64,000 nucleotides of DNA from Azolla caroliniana (Eukaryota > Plantae > Polypodiophyta), in assembly GCA_043228905.1 (NCBI GenBank), contig JBHGNT010000052.1:62001-126000 (forward strand), in the 5' to 3' direction. Below the pieces are notes generated by a model. The model saw only the letters and a list, made by a program, of their open reading frames with translations. It did no database searches and had not been told where the DNA came from. Position numbers and translations under genes: made by a program. Shown here piece by piece: positions 1-12,100 of the stretch; position 1 is the stretch's first letter; every line of letters begins with the position of its first letter.

Positions 1-3000
1 GCTCGTGTGATATCGGATTTTTGTGTTCAAATATGCGAATTCAAGCGAAGTACGCTATTTTTGTGTTCAAACATGCGAATTGAAGCTAAGTACGCTAAGT
101 AAGCTTAGGTCGAGAGACATGATGAGAAAAGCAAAGTTGAGGAGGTCGTCGACAAGAGCGTGTGAGTAAATGAAAATGTTCATACCTAGCTCGTGTAATA
201 TCGGATTTCTGTGTTGAAACATTCGAATGGAAGGTAAAAACACTAGTTATGATATGGATTTGAAAAATCACGATTTTGAAACTCAGGTTGAGAGACGTGA
301 AGAAAAAATCAAAGTTGAGGAGGTCGTAGAGCAAAGCGCGTGAGTAAATGAAAATGTTCATACATGGCTCGTGTGCTATTGGATTTTTGTGTTCAAAAAT
401 GCGAATCGAATATAAAAAGCTAGTTATTATATGGAAATGAAAAATCACGATTTTAAAATTTAGGCAGAGAGACATGAAGTAAAAAGCAAAGCTGAGGAGG
501 TCGTAGACAAGAGCGCGTGAGTAAATGAAAATGTTCATATCTGACTCGTGCGATATCGGAGTTTTGTGTTCAAGTTTTTGAATTGAAGCTAAGTACGCTA
601 TCCACGATATCGAATACAAAACTCAGGACTTCGAATCTTAGGTCGAGAGAAATGATGAGAAAAGCAAAGTTGAGGAGGTCGTCGACAAGAGCGCGTGAGT
701 AATTTAAAATGTTCAAACATGCAAATCGGATTTTAATGTTCAAACATGCAAATCGAAGGTACTAACGCTAGTCCTGATAAGGAATTGAAAAGTCATGATT
801 TTTAAACTCAGGTCGAGAGACATGATGAAACAAGCAAACTTGAGGAGGTCGTAGACAAGAGCGTGTGACTAAATTAAAATGCTCATACCTGTATCGTGTA
901 ATATCGGATTTTTGTGTTCCAACATGCAAATCGAAGGAAACAACGCCAGTTATGATATCGAATTGAAAACTCATGATTTTGAAACTCAGGTCGGGAGAGA
1001 TGATGAAAAAAGCAAAGTTGAGAAGATCGTACACAAGAGGACGTGAGCAAATGAAAATGTTCATATCTGGCTCGTGCGATATCCGAGTTCTGTTTTCAAA
1101 CATGCGAATCGAATGTAACAACGCTAGTTATGATATGAAACTGAAAAATCACGATTTTGAAGCTCAGGTCGAGAGACATGAAGAAAATAGCAAACTGGAA
1201 GAGGTCGTAGACAAGAGGGCGTGAGTAAATGAAAATGTTCATATCTGGCACGTGCTATATCGGGGTTCTGTGTTCAAACATGCGAATCGAAGGTAAAAAC
1301 GCTAGTTATGATATGGAACTGAAAAATCACGATTTGTAAACTCACGATTTTGAAGCTTAGGTCGAGAGACATAATGAGAAAAGCAAAGTTGAGGAGGTCG
1401 TAGAGAAGAGCGCGTGAGTAAATGAAAATATTCATACCTGGCTCGTGAATTATCGGATTTATGTGTTAAAACATGTGAATCGAAGGTAAAAATGCTAGTT
1501 ATAATATGGATTTGAAAAATGACGATTTTGAAACTCAGGTCGTGAGACATGATGAAAATAGCAAAGTTGATGAGGTCGTAGATAAGAGGACGTGAGTAAA
1601 TGAAAATGTTCAGATCTGGCTCGTGCGATATCCGAGTTATGTGTTCAAACACGTGAATCGAAATTAACAACGCTAGTTATGATATGAAACTGAAAAATCA
1701 CGATTTTGAAGCTCAAGTCATGAGACATAAAGAAAATAGCAAAGTTGAGAAGGTCGTAGACAAGAGGGCGTGAGTAAATGAAAATTATCATATCTGGAAC
1801 GTGCAATATCGGAGTTCTGTGTTCCAAAATGCAAATAGAAGGTAGCAGTGTTAGTTATGATATGGAATTGATAACTCAGGATTTCGAAAGTCAAGGCGCG
1901 AGACATGATGAAAAAAGCAAAGTTGAGGAGGTCATAGAAGGGACGGCGTGAGTAAATGAAAATATTCATACTTGGCTCATGAGATATCAGATTTCTGTGT
2001 TCAAACATTCGAATTGAAGCTAAGTACGCTATCTATGACATCTAATTGAAAAATCATGATTTTGAAGCTTAGGTTGAGAGACATGATTAAAAAAGCACAG
2101 TTGAGGAGGTCGTAGACAAGAGCGCGTGAGTAAATGAAAATATTCATACCTGGCTGGTGCAATATCGGATTCTTGTATTCAAACATGGGAATCGAAGGCA
2201 AAAACGCTAGTTATGATATGGATTTGAAAAATCACGATTTCGAAACTCAGGTTGAGAGACATGAAGAAAAAAGCAAAGTTGAGTAGGTCGTAGACAAGAG
2301 GGCGTGTAAATGAAAATGTTCATATCTAGCATGTGCTTTCTCGGGGTTCTGTGTTTAAACATGTGAATCGAAGGTAACAACGCTAGTTATGATATGGAAT
2401 TGAAAACTCATGAGTTTGAAACTCAGGTCGTGAGACATGATGAAAAAAGCAAAGTTGAGGAGGTCGTGGATAAGAGGACGTGAGTAAATGAAAATGTTCA
2501 TATCTAGCTCGTGCGATATCCGAGTTCTGTATTCAAACATGCGAATCGAATGTAATCATGCTACTTATGATACGAAACTGAAAAATCACGATTTGGAAGC
2601 TCAGGTCGAGAGACATGAAGAAAAAGCAAAGTTTAGGAGGTCGTAGACAAGAGGGCGTGAGTAAATGAAAATGTTCATATCTAGCACGAGCAATATCGGA
2701 GTTCTGTGTTCAAACATGCAAGTAGAAGGTAACAGTGCTAGTTATGATATAGATTTGAAAACTCACGATTTCCAGACTCAAGTCGTGAGACATGATGAAA
2801 AAAGCAAAGTTGACGAGGTCGTAGACAAAACGGCGTGAGTAAATGAAAATGTTCGTACCTGGCTCGTGTGATATCGGATTTTTGTGTTCAAACATGTGAA
2901 TCGAAGCTAACTACGCTATCTATGATATCGAATTGAAAAATCACGATTTTGACACTCAAGTTGAGAGAAATGATGAAAAACGCAAAGTTGAGGAGGTTAT

Positions 3001-6000
3001 AGACAAGAGTGCGTGAGTAATTGAAAATGTTCACATCTGGCTCGTGTAATATTCATACTTGGCTCGTAAGATATCGGATTTTTGTGTTCAAACATGCAAA
3101 TTGAAGCTAAGTACGCTATCTATGATATCTAATTGAAAAATCACTATTTTGAAGCTTTGGTCGAGAGACATGATGAGAAAAGCAATGTTGAGGAGGTCGT
3201 AGACAAGAGCGCGTGAGTAAATTAAAATGTTCATACCTGGCTCGTGCAATATCGGATTCCTGTGCTAAAAATGCAAATCGAAGGTAAAAATGCTAGTTAT
3301 AATATGGATTTGAAAAATCACGATTTTGAAACTCCGGTTGAGAGACATGAAGAAAAAATCAAAGTTGAGGAGGTCGTAGACAAGAGCGCGTAACTAAATG
3401 AAAATGTTCCTACCTGGCTCGTGTGATATCGGATTTTTGTGTTCAAACATGCGAATCGAAGGTAACAAAGCTAGTTATTATAGGGAACTGAAAAATCACG
3501 ATTTTGAAACTCGGGTAGAAAGACATGAAGAAAAAGCAAAGTTTAGGAGGTCGTACACAAGAGCGCGTGAGTAAATGAAAATGTTCATATCTGGCTCGTG
3601 CCATATCGGAGTTCTGTGTTCAAGCATGCAAATTGAAGCTAAGTACGCTATCTACGATATCGAATTGAAAAATCATGATTTTGAACCTTAGGTCGAGAGA
3701 CATGATGAAAAAAGCAAAGTTGAGGAGGTCGTAGACAATAGCACGTGGGTAAATGAAAATGTTCATACCTGGCTTGTGTGATATTGGATTTTTGTTTTCA
3801 AATATGCAAATTGAAGCTAAGTACACTATCTATGATATGGAATTGAAAAATCACGATTTGGAAACTCAGGTAGAGAGAAACTCAGGTAGAGAGACATGAA
3901 GAAAATAGCAAAATTGAGGAGGTTGTAGACAAGAGCGCGTGAGTAAATTAAAATGTTCATACCTGGCTCGTGTAATATCGGATTTTTGTGTTCAAACATG
4001 CAAATGGAAGGTAAGAATGCTAGTTATCATATGGAATTGAAAAGTCAGGATTTTGAAACTCAGATCACAAGACATGATGAAAAAAGCGAAGTTAAGGATG
4101 TCGTAGACAAGAGGGCGTGAGTAAATGAAAATGTTCATATCTGACTCGTGTGCCATCGGATTTTTGTGTTCAAACATGCGAATCGAAGGTTACAAACCTA
4201 GTTACTACATGGAACTGAAAAATCACAATTTTGAAAGTCAGGTAGAAAGACATGAAGAAAAAGCAAAGTTTAGGAGGTCGTACACAAGAGCACGTGAGTA
4301 AATGAAAATGTTCATATTTGGCTCGTGCGATATCGGAGTTTTGTGTTCAAGCATGCGAATTGAAGCTAATTACGCTATCTACAATGTTGAATTGGAAAAT
4401 CATGATTTTGACACCTAGGTTGACAGACATGATGAAAAAAGCAAAGTTGAGGAAGTCGTAGACAATAGCGCGTGAGTAAATGAAAATGTTCATACCTGGC
4501 TCGCGTTATATCAGATTTTTGTGTTCAAATATGCGAATCGAAGCTCAGTACACTATCTATGATATGGAAATGAAAAATGACGATTTGGAAACTCAGGTAG
4601 AGAGACATGAAGAAAATAGCAAAATTGAGGAGGTTGTAGACAAGAGCGCGTGAGTAAATTAAAATGTTCATACCTGGCTCGTGTAATATCGTATGTTTGT
4701 GTTCAAACATGCGAATGGAAGGCAACAATGCTAGTTATGATATGGAATTGAAAACTCAGGATTTTGAAACTCAGATCACGAGACATGATGAAAAAAGCAA
4801 AGTTGAGGATGTCGTAGACAAGAGGGCGTGAGTAAATGAAAATGTTCATATCTGACACGTGTGATATCTGATTTTTGTGTTCAAACATGCGAATCAAAGG
4901 TAACAACGCTAGTTATGATGTGAAATTGAAAACTCACGATTTTGAAACTCAGGTTGAGAGAAATGATGAAAAAAGAAAAGTTGAGGATGTCGTAGAGAAG
5001 AGCGCGTGAGTAAATTAAAATGTTTATACCTGGCCCGTGTAATATCGGATTTTTGTGTTCAAACATGCGAATCGAAGGTAACAACCCGAGTTATGATATG
5101 GAATTGAATCTCAGGTCGCGAGACATCATGAAAAAAGCAAAGTTAAGGCGGTCGTAGACAAGAGGGCGTGAGTAAATGAAAATGTTCATACCTGGATCGT
5201 GTGATATCGGATTTTTGTGTTCAAACATGCGAATCGAAGGTCATAATGCTAGTTATGATATGGTATTGAAAACTTATGATTTTGAAACTAGGTCGAGAGA
5301 CATGATGAAAAAAGCAAACCATAGGATGTCGTAGACAAGAGCGCGTGAGTAAATTAAAATGTTCATACCTGTCTCGTGTAATATCGGATTTTTGTGTTCA
5401 AACATGCGAATCGAAGGTAACAATGCGAGTTATAATATGGAATTGAAAACTCATGATTTTGAAACTCAGGTTGTGAGACATGATCAAAAAAGCAAAGTTG
5501 AGGAGGTCGTAAACAAGAGGACGTGAGTAAATGAAAATATTCATATCTGGCTCGTCCGATATCCGAGTTCTGTTTTCAAACATGCGAATCGAATGTAATC
5601 TCGCTAGTTATGATATGAAATTTAAAAATTACGATTTTGAAGCTCAGGTCGAGAGACATGAAGAAAATAGCAAAGTGTAGGGGGTCGTAGACAAGAGGGC
5701 GTGAGTAAATGAAAAATTATCATATCTGGCACCAGCAATATCGGAGTTCTCTGTTCAAACATGCAAATAGAAGGTAACAGTGCGAGTTATGATATGGATT
5801 TGAAAACTCACGATTTCCAAACTCAAGTCGTGAGACATGATGAAAAAAGCAAAGTTGAGGAGGTCATAGACAAGACGGCGTGAGTAAATGAAAATGTTCA
5901 TAGCTGGCTCGTGTGATATCGGATTTTTATGTTCAAACATGTGAATCGAAGCTAACTACGCTATCTATGATATCGAATTGAAAAATCACGATTTTGACAC

Positions 6001-6766
6001 TCAAGTCAAGAGAAATGTTGAAAAACGCAAAGTTGAGGAGGTTATAGACAAGAGTGCGTGAGTAAATGAAAATGTTCATATCTGGCTCGTGCAATATCAG
6101 ATTTCTTTGTTAAATCATGCGAATGGAAGGTAAAAACGCTAGTTATGATATGGATTTGAAAAATCACGATTGTGAAACTCAGGTGGAGAGACATGAAGAA
6201 AAAATCAAAGTTGAGGAGGTCGTAGAGAAGAGCGCGTGAGTAAATGAAAATGTTCATACCTGGTTCGTGTGATATCGGATTTTTGTGTTAAAAAATTTCG
6301 AATCGAAGGTAACAAAGCTAGTTATTATATGGAACTGAAAAATCACGATTTTGAAATTCAGGTAGAAAGACATGAAGAAAAAAGCAATGTTTAGGAGGTC
6401 GTAGACAAGAGTTGGTGAGTAAATGAAAATGTTCATATCTGGCTCGTGCGATATCGGAGTTTTGTGTTCAAGCATGCGAATTGAAGCTAAGTACGCTATC
6501 TATGATATCGAATTGAAAAATCATGATTTTGACACTTAGGTCGAGAGACATGATGAAAAAAGCAAAGTTGAGGAGGTCGTAGACAATAGCGCGTGAGTAA
6601 ATGAAAATGTTTATACCTAGATCATGTGATATCGGATTTTTGTGTTCAAATATGCAAATTCAAGCTAAGTACACTATCTATCATATGGAATTGAAAAATC
6701 ACGATTTGGAAACTCAGGTATAGAGACATGAAGAAAATAGCAAAATTGAGGAGGTTGTAGACAATA
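1..6766. repeat. 178-bp tandem satellite, subfamily A, block 1
   Basis: Monomer approx. TCAAACATGCGAATCGAAGGTAACAACGCTAGTTATGATATGGAATTGAAAA...GTTGAGGAGGTCGTAGACAAGAGCGCGTGAGTAAATGAAAATGTTCATACCTGGCTCGTGTGATATCGGATTTTTGTGT recurs head-to-tail. ORF-track starts step by 178 (4525, 4703, 4881). Monomers are visibly diverged, with many CG>TG/CA variants and some truncated copies. Confidence 0.98.
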
Positions 6767-7546
6767 CCAGCATTCCGCGACGTATTTCCTTTGCTGGTTC
6801 TTGTCGCCTTGACTCCCCCTGTTTCCGGAGGGTCTAGAATTGTTGTCGGCATCACTTCATTGCCTTCTTCCTTGATCTCGTCGGCCCCCTCCATTGCGTA
6901 CCGACTCGCCTTGTCCGCCATGACCACAGGGCCTATCTCCCTCCGTGTACAACATCTTGTTGTCGGCATGCGTGCTTGTCAATGCACCCGCGTGGTTCTC
7001 CTCTATAAGGAGCATCGATTGTAAGTCGAAAAATGATGGCGTATTCTCCCGTGTACACACAACAGTTCGGAAAGCTCCGAACTTTGACGCCAAACCCCCG
7101 AGATAGACCTTGACTATCTCTCTTTCCTCGATGTTCACATCGATGGAAGCTATGGAGTCACATATGTCCTTGATCTTCGAGGTATAGTCAGCCACCGACA
7201 ACTCGCGTTGTCGTAGGTTGCTCAACTCCTATCGGAGCTGAAGCTTCCTGGCTGTGGTGCTCACGACAAAGATCTTCTTCGGATTTTCCCACACACCCTT
7301 TGGTGTTTTTGCATCCCGAACGTAGCTTAATAGCTGTTCGCCCACACAAGATGCGAAACAGTACAACACTTTGCTCGCCAATTGTTCCCACGCTGGGAAG
7401 TCTTTGTGTGTTGAATCGGGTGTTGTGTCATTTGCTCCATCAACATAGCCCTAGTAACCATGCCCAAGCAGGTACTGGTGCATCTTGTAGGACCAAGATG
7501 CGTAGTTGGTTTTGTCGAGCTTCACCGTCGGAAGCGAGCTAGCCAT
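6761..7546 (-). pseudogene. gag: Copia gag pseudogene (UBN2-type Gag with partial CCHC knuckle)
   Basis: Manual translation from ATG at 7546: MASSLPTVKLDKTNYASWSYKMHQYLLGHGY*GYVDG...RKLQLR*ELSNLRQRELSVADYTSKIKDICDSIAS...PSFFDLQSMLLIEENH. Contains in-frame stops and ends at ECWYC. Confidence 0.85.
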
Positions 7547-7628
7547 TCCTCTGTCCATCGGTTTTCTTGTTCTTCTTCGTTGGTTTTTCCTTCAAGCAAA
7601 GTCGACTGTAGAGGTTCTCAACCCTCGC

Positions 7629-7640
7629 GCTCTGATACCA
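7629..7640 (-). promoter_or_regulatory. Primer binding site complementary to tRNA-iMet
   Basis: GCTCTGATACCA on the + strand equals TGGTATCAGAGC on the - strand, abutting the LTR end. Confidence 0.92.
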
Positions 7641-8045
7641 TGAAAAGAAGGTGTGCGGAAGCAATATAGGAAACCGAACAACAGAAAATGCAGGTTTAAT
7701 GGAAAGCTTAGGTTTGCACAGTACGTACGGGAGAGACAGAGACATAGAGAGTAAACACTGAACTTAATTAAAAAATAATACTCAATCTATACATCGTGTG
7801 TGTTCAATGAACACTTTTATACAAGTCCTTTTCGGACTGACAGAAGTACTGACAGTACCTCAATGCTCATAAGGAGCCCCTACACTAACTCCCAAATATA
7901 TTCCTTGCGGAATATCTTTCCGATGGCCTCCCGGTTTCTGCACCGATCCAGCCTTCCTACGCACGGGTCTGCATACCGGTTTCCAACCGATCCGGTCCTC
8001 GGCTTGCTCAGCTGATCCAACCGATGTTGAGCTTGTCTCTCAACA
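7641..8045 (-). repeat. Copia 5' LTR (~405 bp)
   Basis: Bounded by TG at 7641 and CAACA at 8041-8045, adjacent to the PBS. No partner LTR in the window, so the far boundary is inferred from the terminal motif. Confidence 0.75.
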
Positions 8046-8886
8046 GGTGTATCGTGGGTAAGGATACGACATGGTATCGAAATTTGGATCTTCCGGTAAA
8101 ACCGGCAAAGGGTTAGGGTTAGGGTGGGTGACCTCTAGAGGGCTTGGTGGAGAGGTTGGTGTGGAATCAACTCGCGACCAAGTAGCAGGTGGTGAGGATT
8201 GCAACCGGTGAGCCTCTGATATTTCTTGGAAAGACTGGTCCGTGACCGCCAAGTCGGAAGTTCCTTCGACTAGCTCAAGCCATTGGGCAGGTGGCCGAAA
8301 CCGCTTGGTGAGATTGGGCGCCGTAATGGCGGCTGATGGTTGCCTTCAACGTAGTTCGCTGTGATCTCACAGTTCTAACTCGGTATGCCAAATTGTGTTG
8401 TCCGTTTCTGGGGAAACACGTTTGATATGCCTACAGGCTATCGGTATCAAGGGAAGTGTAATGTGAAGCCTTGTACACGGAGGCATCGTTAGGGGAAGAG
8501 AACGGAGAGCATACCCGGAATATAACCCGGGGTGTATATGTAGTTGAGATCATAGGAACGAAGGAACACAGATGAAAACAATAAGAGCTAATAGATATAT
8601 ATTACTACAAATAGTTATCGATGATTACAAAAACACGGCTCACGGCCGGTGACCTTACAGAGCTCTTGTAACTATGAAAACGACCTTGCCTATACTCTCG
8701 ATCTCCCCCCCTGCCGAGGTACGCAGACCTCGGTTTATATACTTTCTCTTCATACAGAGCCGAGCCGTCAACTGACTGTGAAGCTCGAAACTCGGCGTTT
8801 TCCTAAACTCTACCTTCCTCACCTACTAGCCTTACCTACCGGCGTATTACATTTAACTAATTTATCTTTTTGTCCCATGAACAACA
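8046..8886 (-). mobile_element. 5' fragment of a second LTR retrotransposon (probably Ty3/Gypsy) into which the Copia inserted
   Basis: Putative LTR at 8396-8886 with inverted termini TGTTGT...ACAACA and a minus-strand TATATAAA near 8735. PBS-like TGGCATACCGAG follows within a few nt (8390-8379). A Pro/Ser-rich ORF (8252->8046), resembling a Gag N-terminus, is cut by the Copia LTR. Confidence 0.6.
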
Positions 8887-9180
8887 TTGAAAACTAAATT
8901 AGTCTTCTTCTCTTTCCTTTTGTTTTATGTTTAGATTTGGGCATGCTGCTTCCGACCAACTGCTTGATGCAACTGGCTTTCTTGCATTATTGGTTGTGGT
9001 GAATAATACCGTCAGATATCCATATTGTAGATAAGTTAGTTTTCTTTCAAATTTATGCAATAGTTTGAGCTTATACCTTTTACACACCTACTTTGTCTTA
9101 CAAATGGCTATAGAAAAGTCATCAATCTTAAAAACTCCTCTAGGTTTTAAAGAAGCCAACACAGCATCCTTGGCTAGGCA

Positions 9181-12100
9181 TTTCCAACCTAATGTGAATC
9201 TGCTTTAACCTCTTTATGTAAATGCCTTTTCTCCTTATCATCACTGATTTGCTCGGCCTACAAGTAAATTTGGTCCTGGACCGTATTGCAACATGGAAGA
9301 GTGTTTAAACAATCAATTGTGAAATTGAAAAAAGTGATTGTAACCGATCCAAAATGTATATATCCATGGTCACAATGCAGGTGTAGAATACATGATGTTT
9401 GCATGTTTATACACAGCACAGAAAAACTCAAGTGAAGAATATTCATGTCTGGCTATAATCCTTTATTTTTCATCCATATCATTGTTGTCTTTAGTAATTT
9501 CCCAACTAATGTGAATCTGCTTTAACCTCTTTATGTAAATGCCTTTTCTCCTTATCATCACTGATTTGCTCGGCCTACAAGTAAATTTGGTCCTGGACCG
9601 TATTGCAACATGGACGAGTATTTAAACAATCAATTGTGAAATTGAAAAAAGTGATTGTAACCGATCCATAATGTATATATCCATAGTCACAATGCAGGTT
9701 TTGAATACATGATGTTTGCATGTTTATACACAGCACAGAAAAACTCAAGTGAAGAATATTCATGTCTGGCTAAAATCCTTTATTTTTCATCCATATCATT
9801 GCTCTTTTTCGTAATTTCCCAACTCATGTGAATCTGCTTTAACCTCTTTATGTAAATGCCTTTTCTCCTTATCATCACTGATTTGCTCGGCCTACAAGTA
9901 AATTTGGTCCTGGACCGTATTGCAACATGGAAGAGTGTTTAAACAATCAATTGTGAAATTGAAAAAAGTGATTGTAACCTATCCATAATGTATATATCCA
10001 TAGTCACAATGCAGGTGTAGAATACATGATGTTTGCATCTTTATACACAACACAGAAAAATTCAAGTGAAGAATATTCATGTCTGGCTATAATCCTTTAT
10101 TTTTCATCCATATCATTGCTCTTTTTAATAATTTCCCAACTAATGTGAATCTCCTTTAACCTCTTTATGTAAATGCCTTTTCTCCTTATCATCACTGATT
10201 TGCTCGGCCTACAAGTAAATTTGGTCCTGGACCGTATTGCAACATGGAAGAGTGTTTAAACAATCGATTGTGAAATTGAAAAAGGTGATTGTAACCGATC
10301 CATAATGTATATATCCATAGTCACAATGCAGGTGTAGAATACATGATGTTTGCATGTTTATACACAACACAGAAAAACTCAAGTGAAGAATATTCATGTC
10401 GAGCGTTGTTTCCTTTATTTTTCATCCATATCATTGCTCTTTTTAGTAATTTCCCAACTAATGTGAATCTGCTTTAACCTCTTTATGTAAATGCCTTTTG
10501 TCCTTATCATCACTGATTTGCTCCGCCTACAAGTAAATTTGGTCCTGGACCGTATTGCAACATGAAAGAGTGTTTAAACAATCAATTGTGAGATTGAAAA
10601 AAGTGATTGTAACCGATCCATAATGTATATATCCATAGTCACAATGCAGGTTTAGAATACATGATGTTTGCATGTTTATACACAGCACAGAAAAACTCAA
10701 GTGAAGAATATTCATGTCTGGCTATAATCCTTTATTTTTCATCCATATCATTGCTCTTTTTAGTAATTTCCCAACTAATGTGAATCTGCTTTAACCTCTT
10801 TATGTAAATGCCTTTTCTCCTTATCATCACTGATTTGCTTGGCCTACAAGTAAATTTCGTCCTGGACCGTATTGCAATATGGAAGAGTGTTTAAACAATC
10901 AATTGTGAAATTGAAAAAAGTGATTGTAACCGATCCATAATGTATATATCCATAGTCACAATGCAGGTTTTGAATACATGATGTTTGAATCCTTATACAC
11001 AGCACAGAAAAACTCAAGTGAAGAATATTCATGTCTGGCTATAATCCTTTATTTTTCATCCATATCATTGCTCTTTCTAGTAATTTCCCAACTAATGTGA
11101 ATCTGCTTTAACCTCTTTATGTAAATGCCTTTTCTCCTTATCATCACTGATTTGCTTGGCCTACAAGTAAATTTGGTCCTGGACCGTATTGCAACATGGA
11201 AGAGTGTTTAAACAGTCAATTGTGAAATTGAAAAAGGTGATTGTAACCGATCCATAATGTATATATCCATAGTCACAATGCAGGTGTAGAATACATGATG
11301 TTTGCATGTTTATACACAACACAGAAAAACTCAAGTGAAGAATATTCATGTCGAGCGTTGTTTCCTTTATTTTTCATCCATATCATTGCTCTTTTTAGTA
11401 ATTTCCCAACTAATGTGAATCTGCTTTAACCTCTTTATGTCAATGCCTTTTCTCCTTATCATCACTGATTTGCTCGGCCTACAAGTAAATTTGGTCCTGG
11501 ACCGTATTGCAACATGGAAGAGTGTTTAAACAATCAATTGTGAAATTGAAAAAAGTGATTGTAACCGATCCATAATGTATATATCGATAGTCACAATGCA
11601 GGTGTAGAATACATGATGTTTGCATGTTTCTACACAACACAGAAAAACTCAAGTGAAGAATATTCATGTCTGGCTATAATCCTTTATTTTTCATCCATAT
11701 CATTGCTCTTTCTAGTAATTTCCCAACTAATGTGAATCTGCTTTAACCTCTTTATGTAAATGCCTTTTCTCCTTATCATCACTGATTTGCTTGGCCTACA
11801 AGTAAATTTGGTCCTGGACCGTATTGCAACATGGAAGAGTGTTTAAACAGTCAATTGTGAAATTGAAAAAGGTGATTGTAACCGATCCATAATGTATATA
11901 TCCATAGTCACAATGCAGGTGTAGAATACATGATGTTTGCATGTTTATACACAACACAGAAAAACTCAAGTGAAGAATATTCATGTCGAGCGTTGTTTCC
12001 TTTATTTTTCATCCATATCATTGCTCTTTTTAGTAATTTCCCAACTAATGTGAATCTGCTTTAACCTCTTTATGTAAATGCCTTTTCTCCTTATCATCAC

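Larger units (their letters stand above)
6761..8045 (-). mobile_element. Truncated Ty1/Copia LTR retrotransposon (5' LTR + PBS + gag; pol and 3' LTR lost)
   Basis: On the minus strand the LTR (8045->7641) starts TGTTG and ends CA, immediately followed by the tRNA-iMet PBS TGGTATCAGAGC (7640-7629). A Copia-type gag follows and is cut at the zinc knuckle (ECWYC) at the satellite junction. Confidence 0.9.

Noticed and set aside
1-6766. Identity with Arabidopsis CEN178
   Set aside because: Same length only. I see no sequence resemblance, and the TE content points to a different lineage. Not verified by alignment.
8109-8128. GGGTTAGGGTTAGGG as a vertebrate-type telomere seed
   Set aside because: Only two units, explained as Pro-Asn-Pro-Asn-Pro codons of the minus-strand Gag-like ORF.
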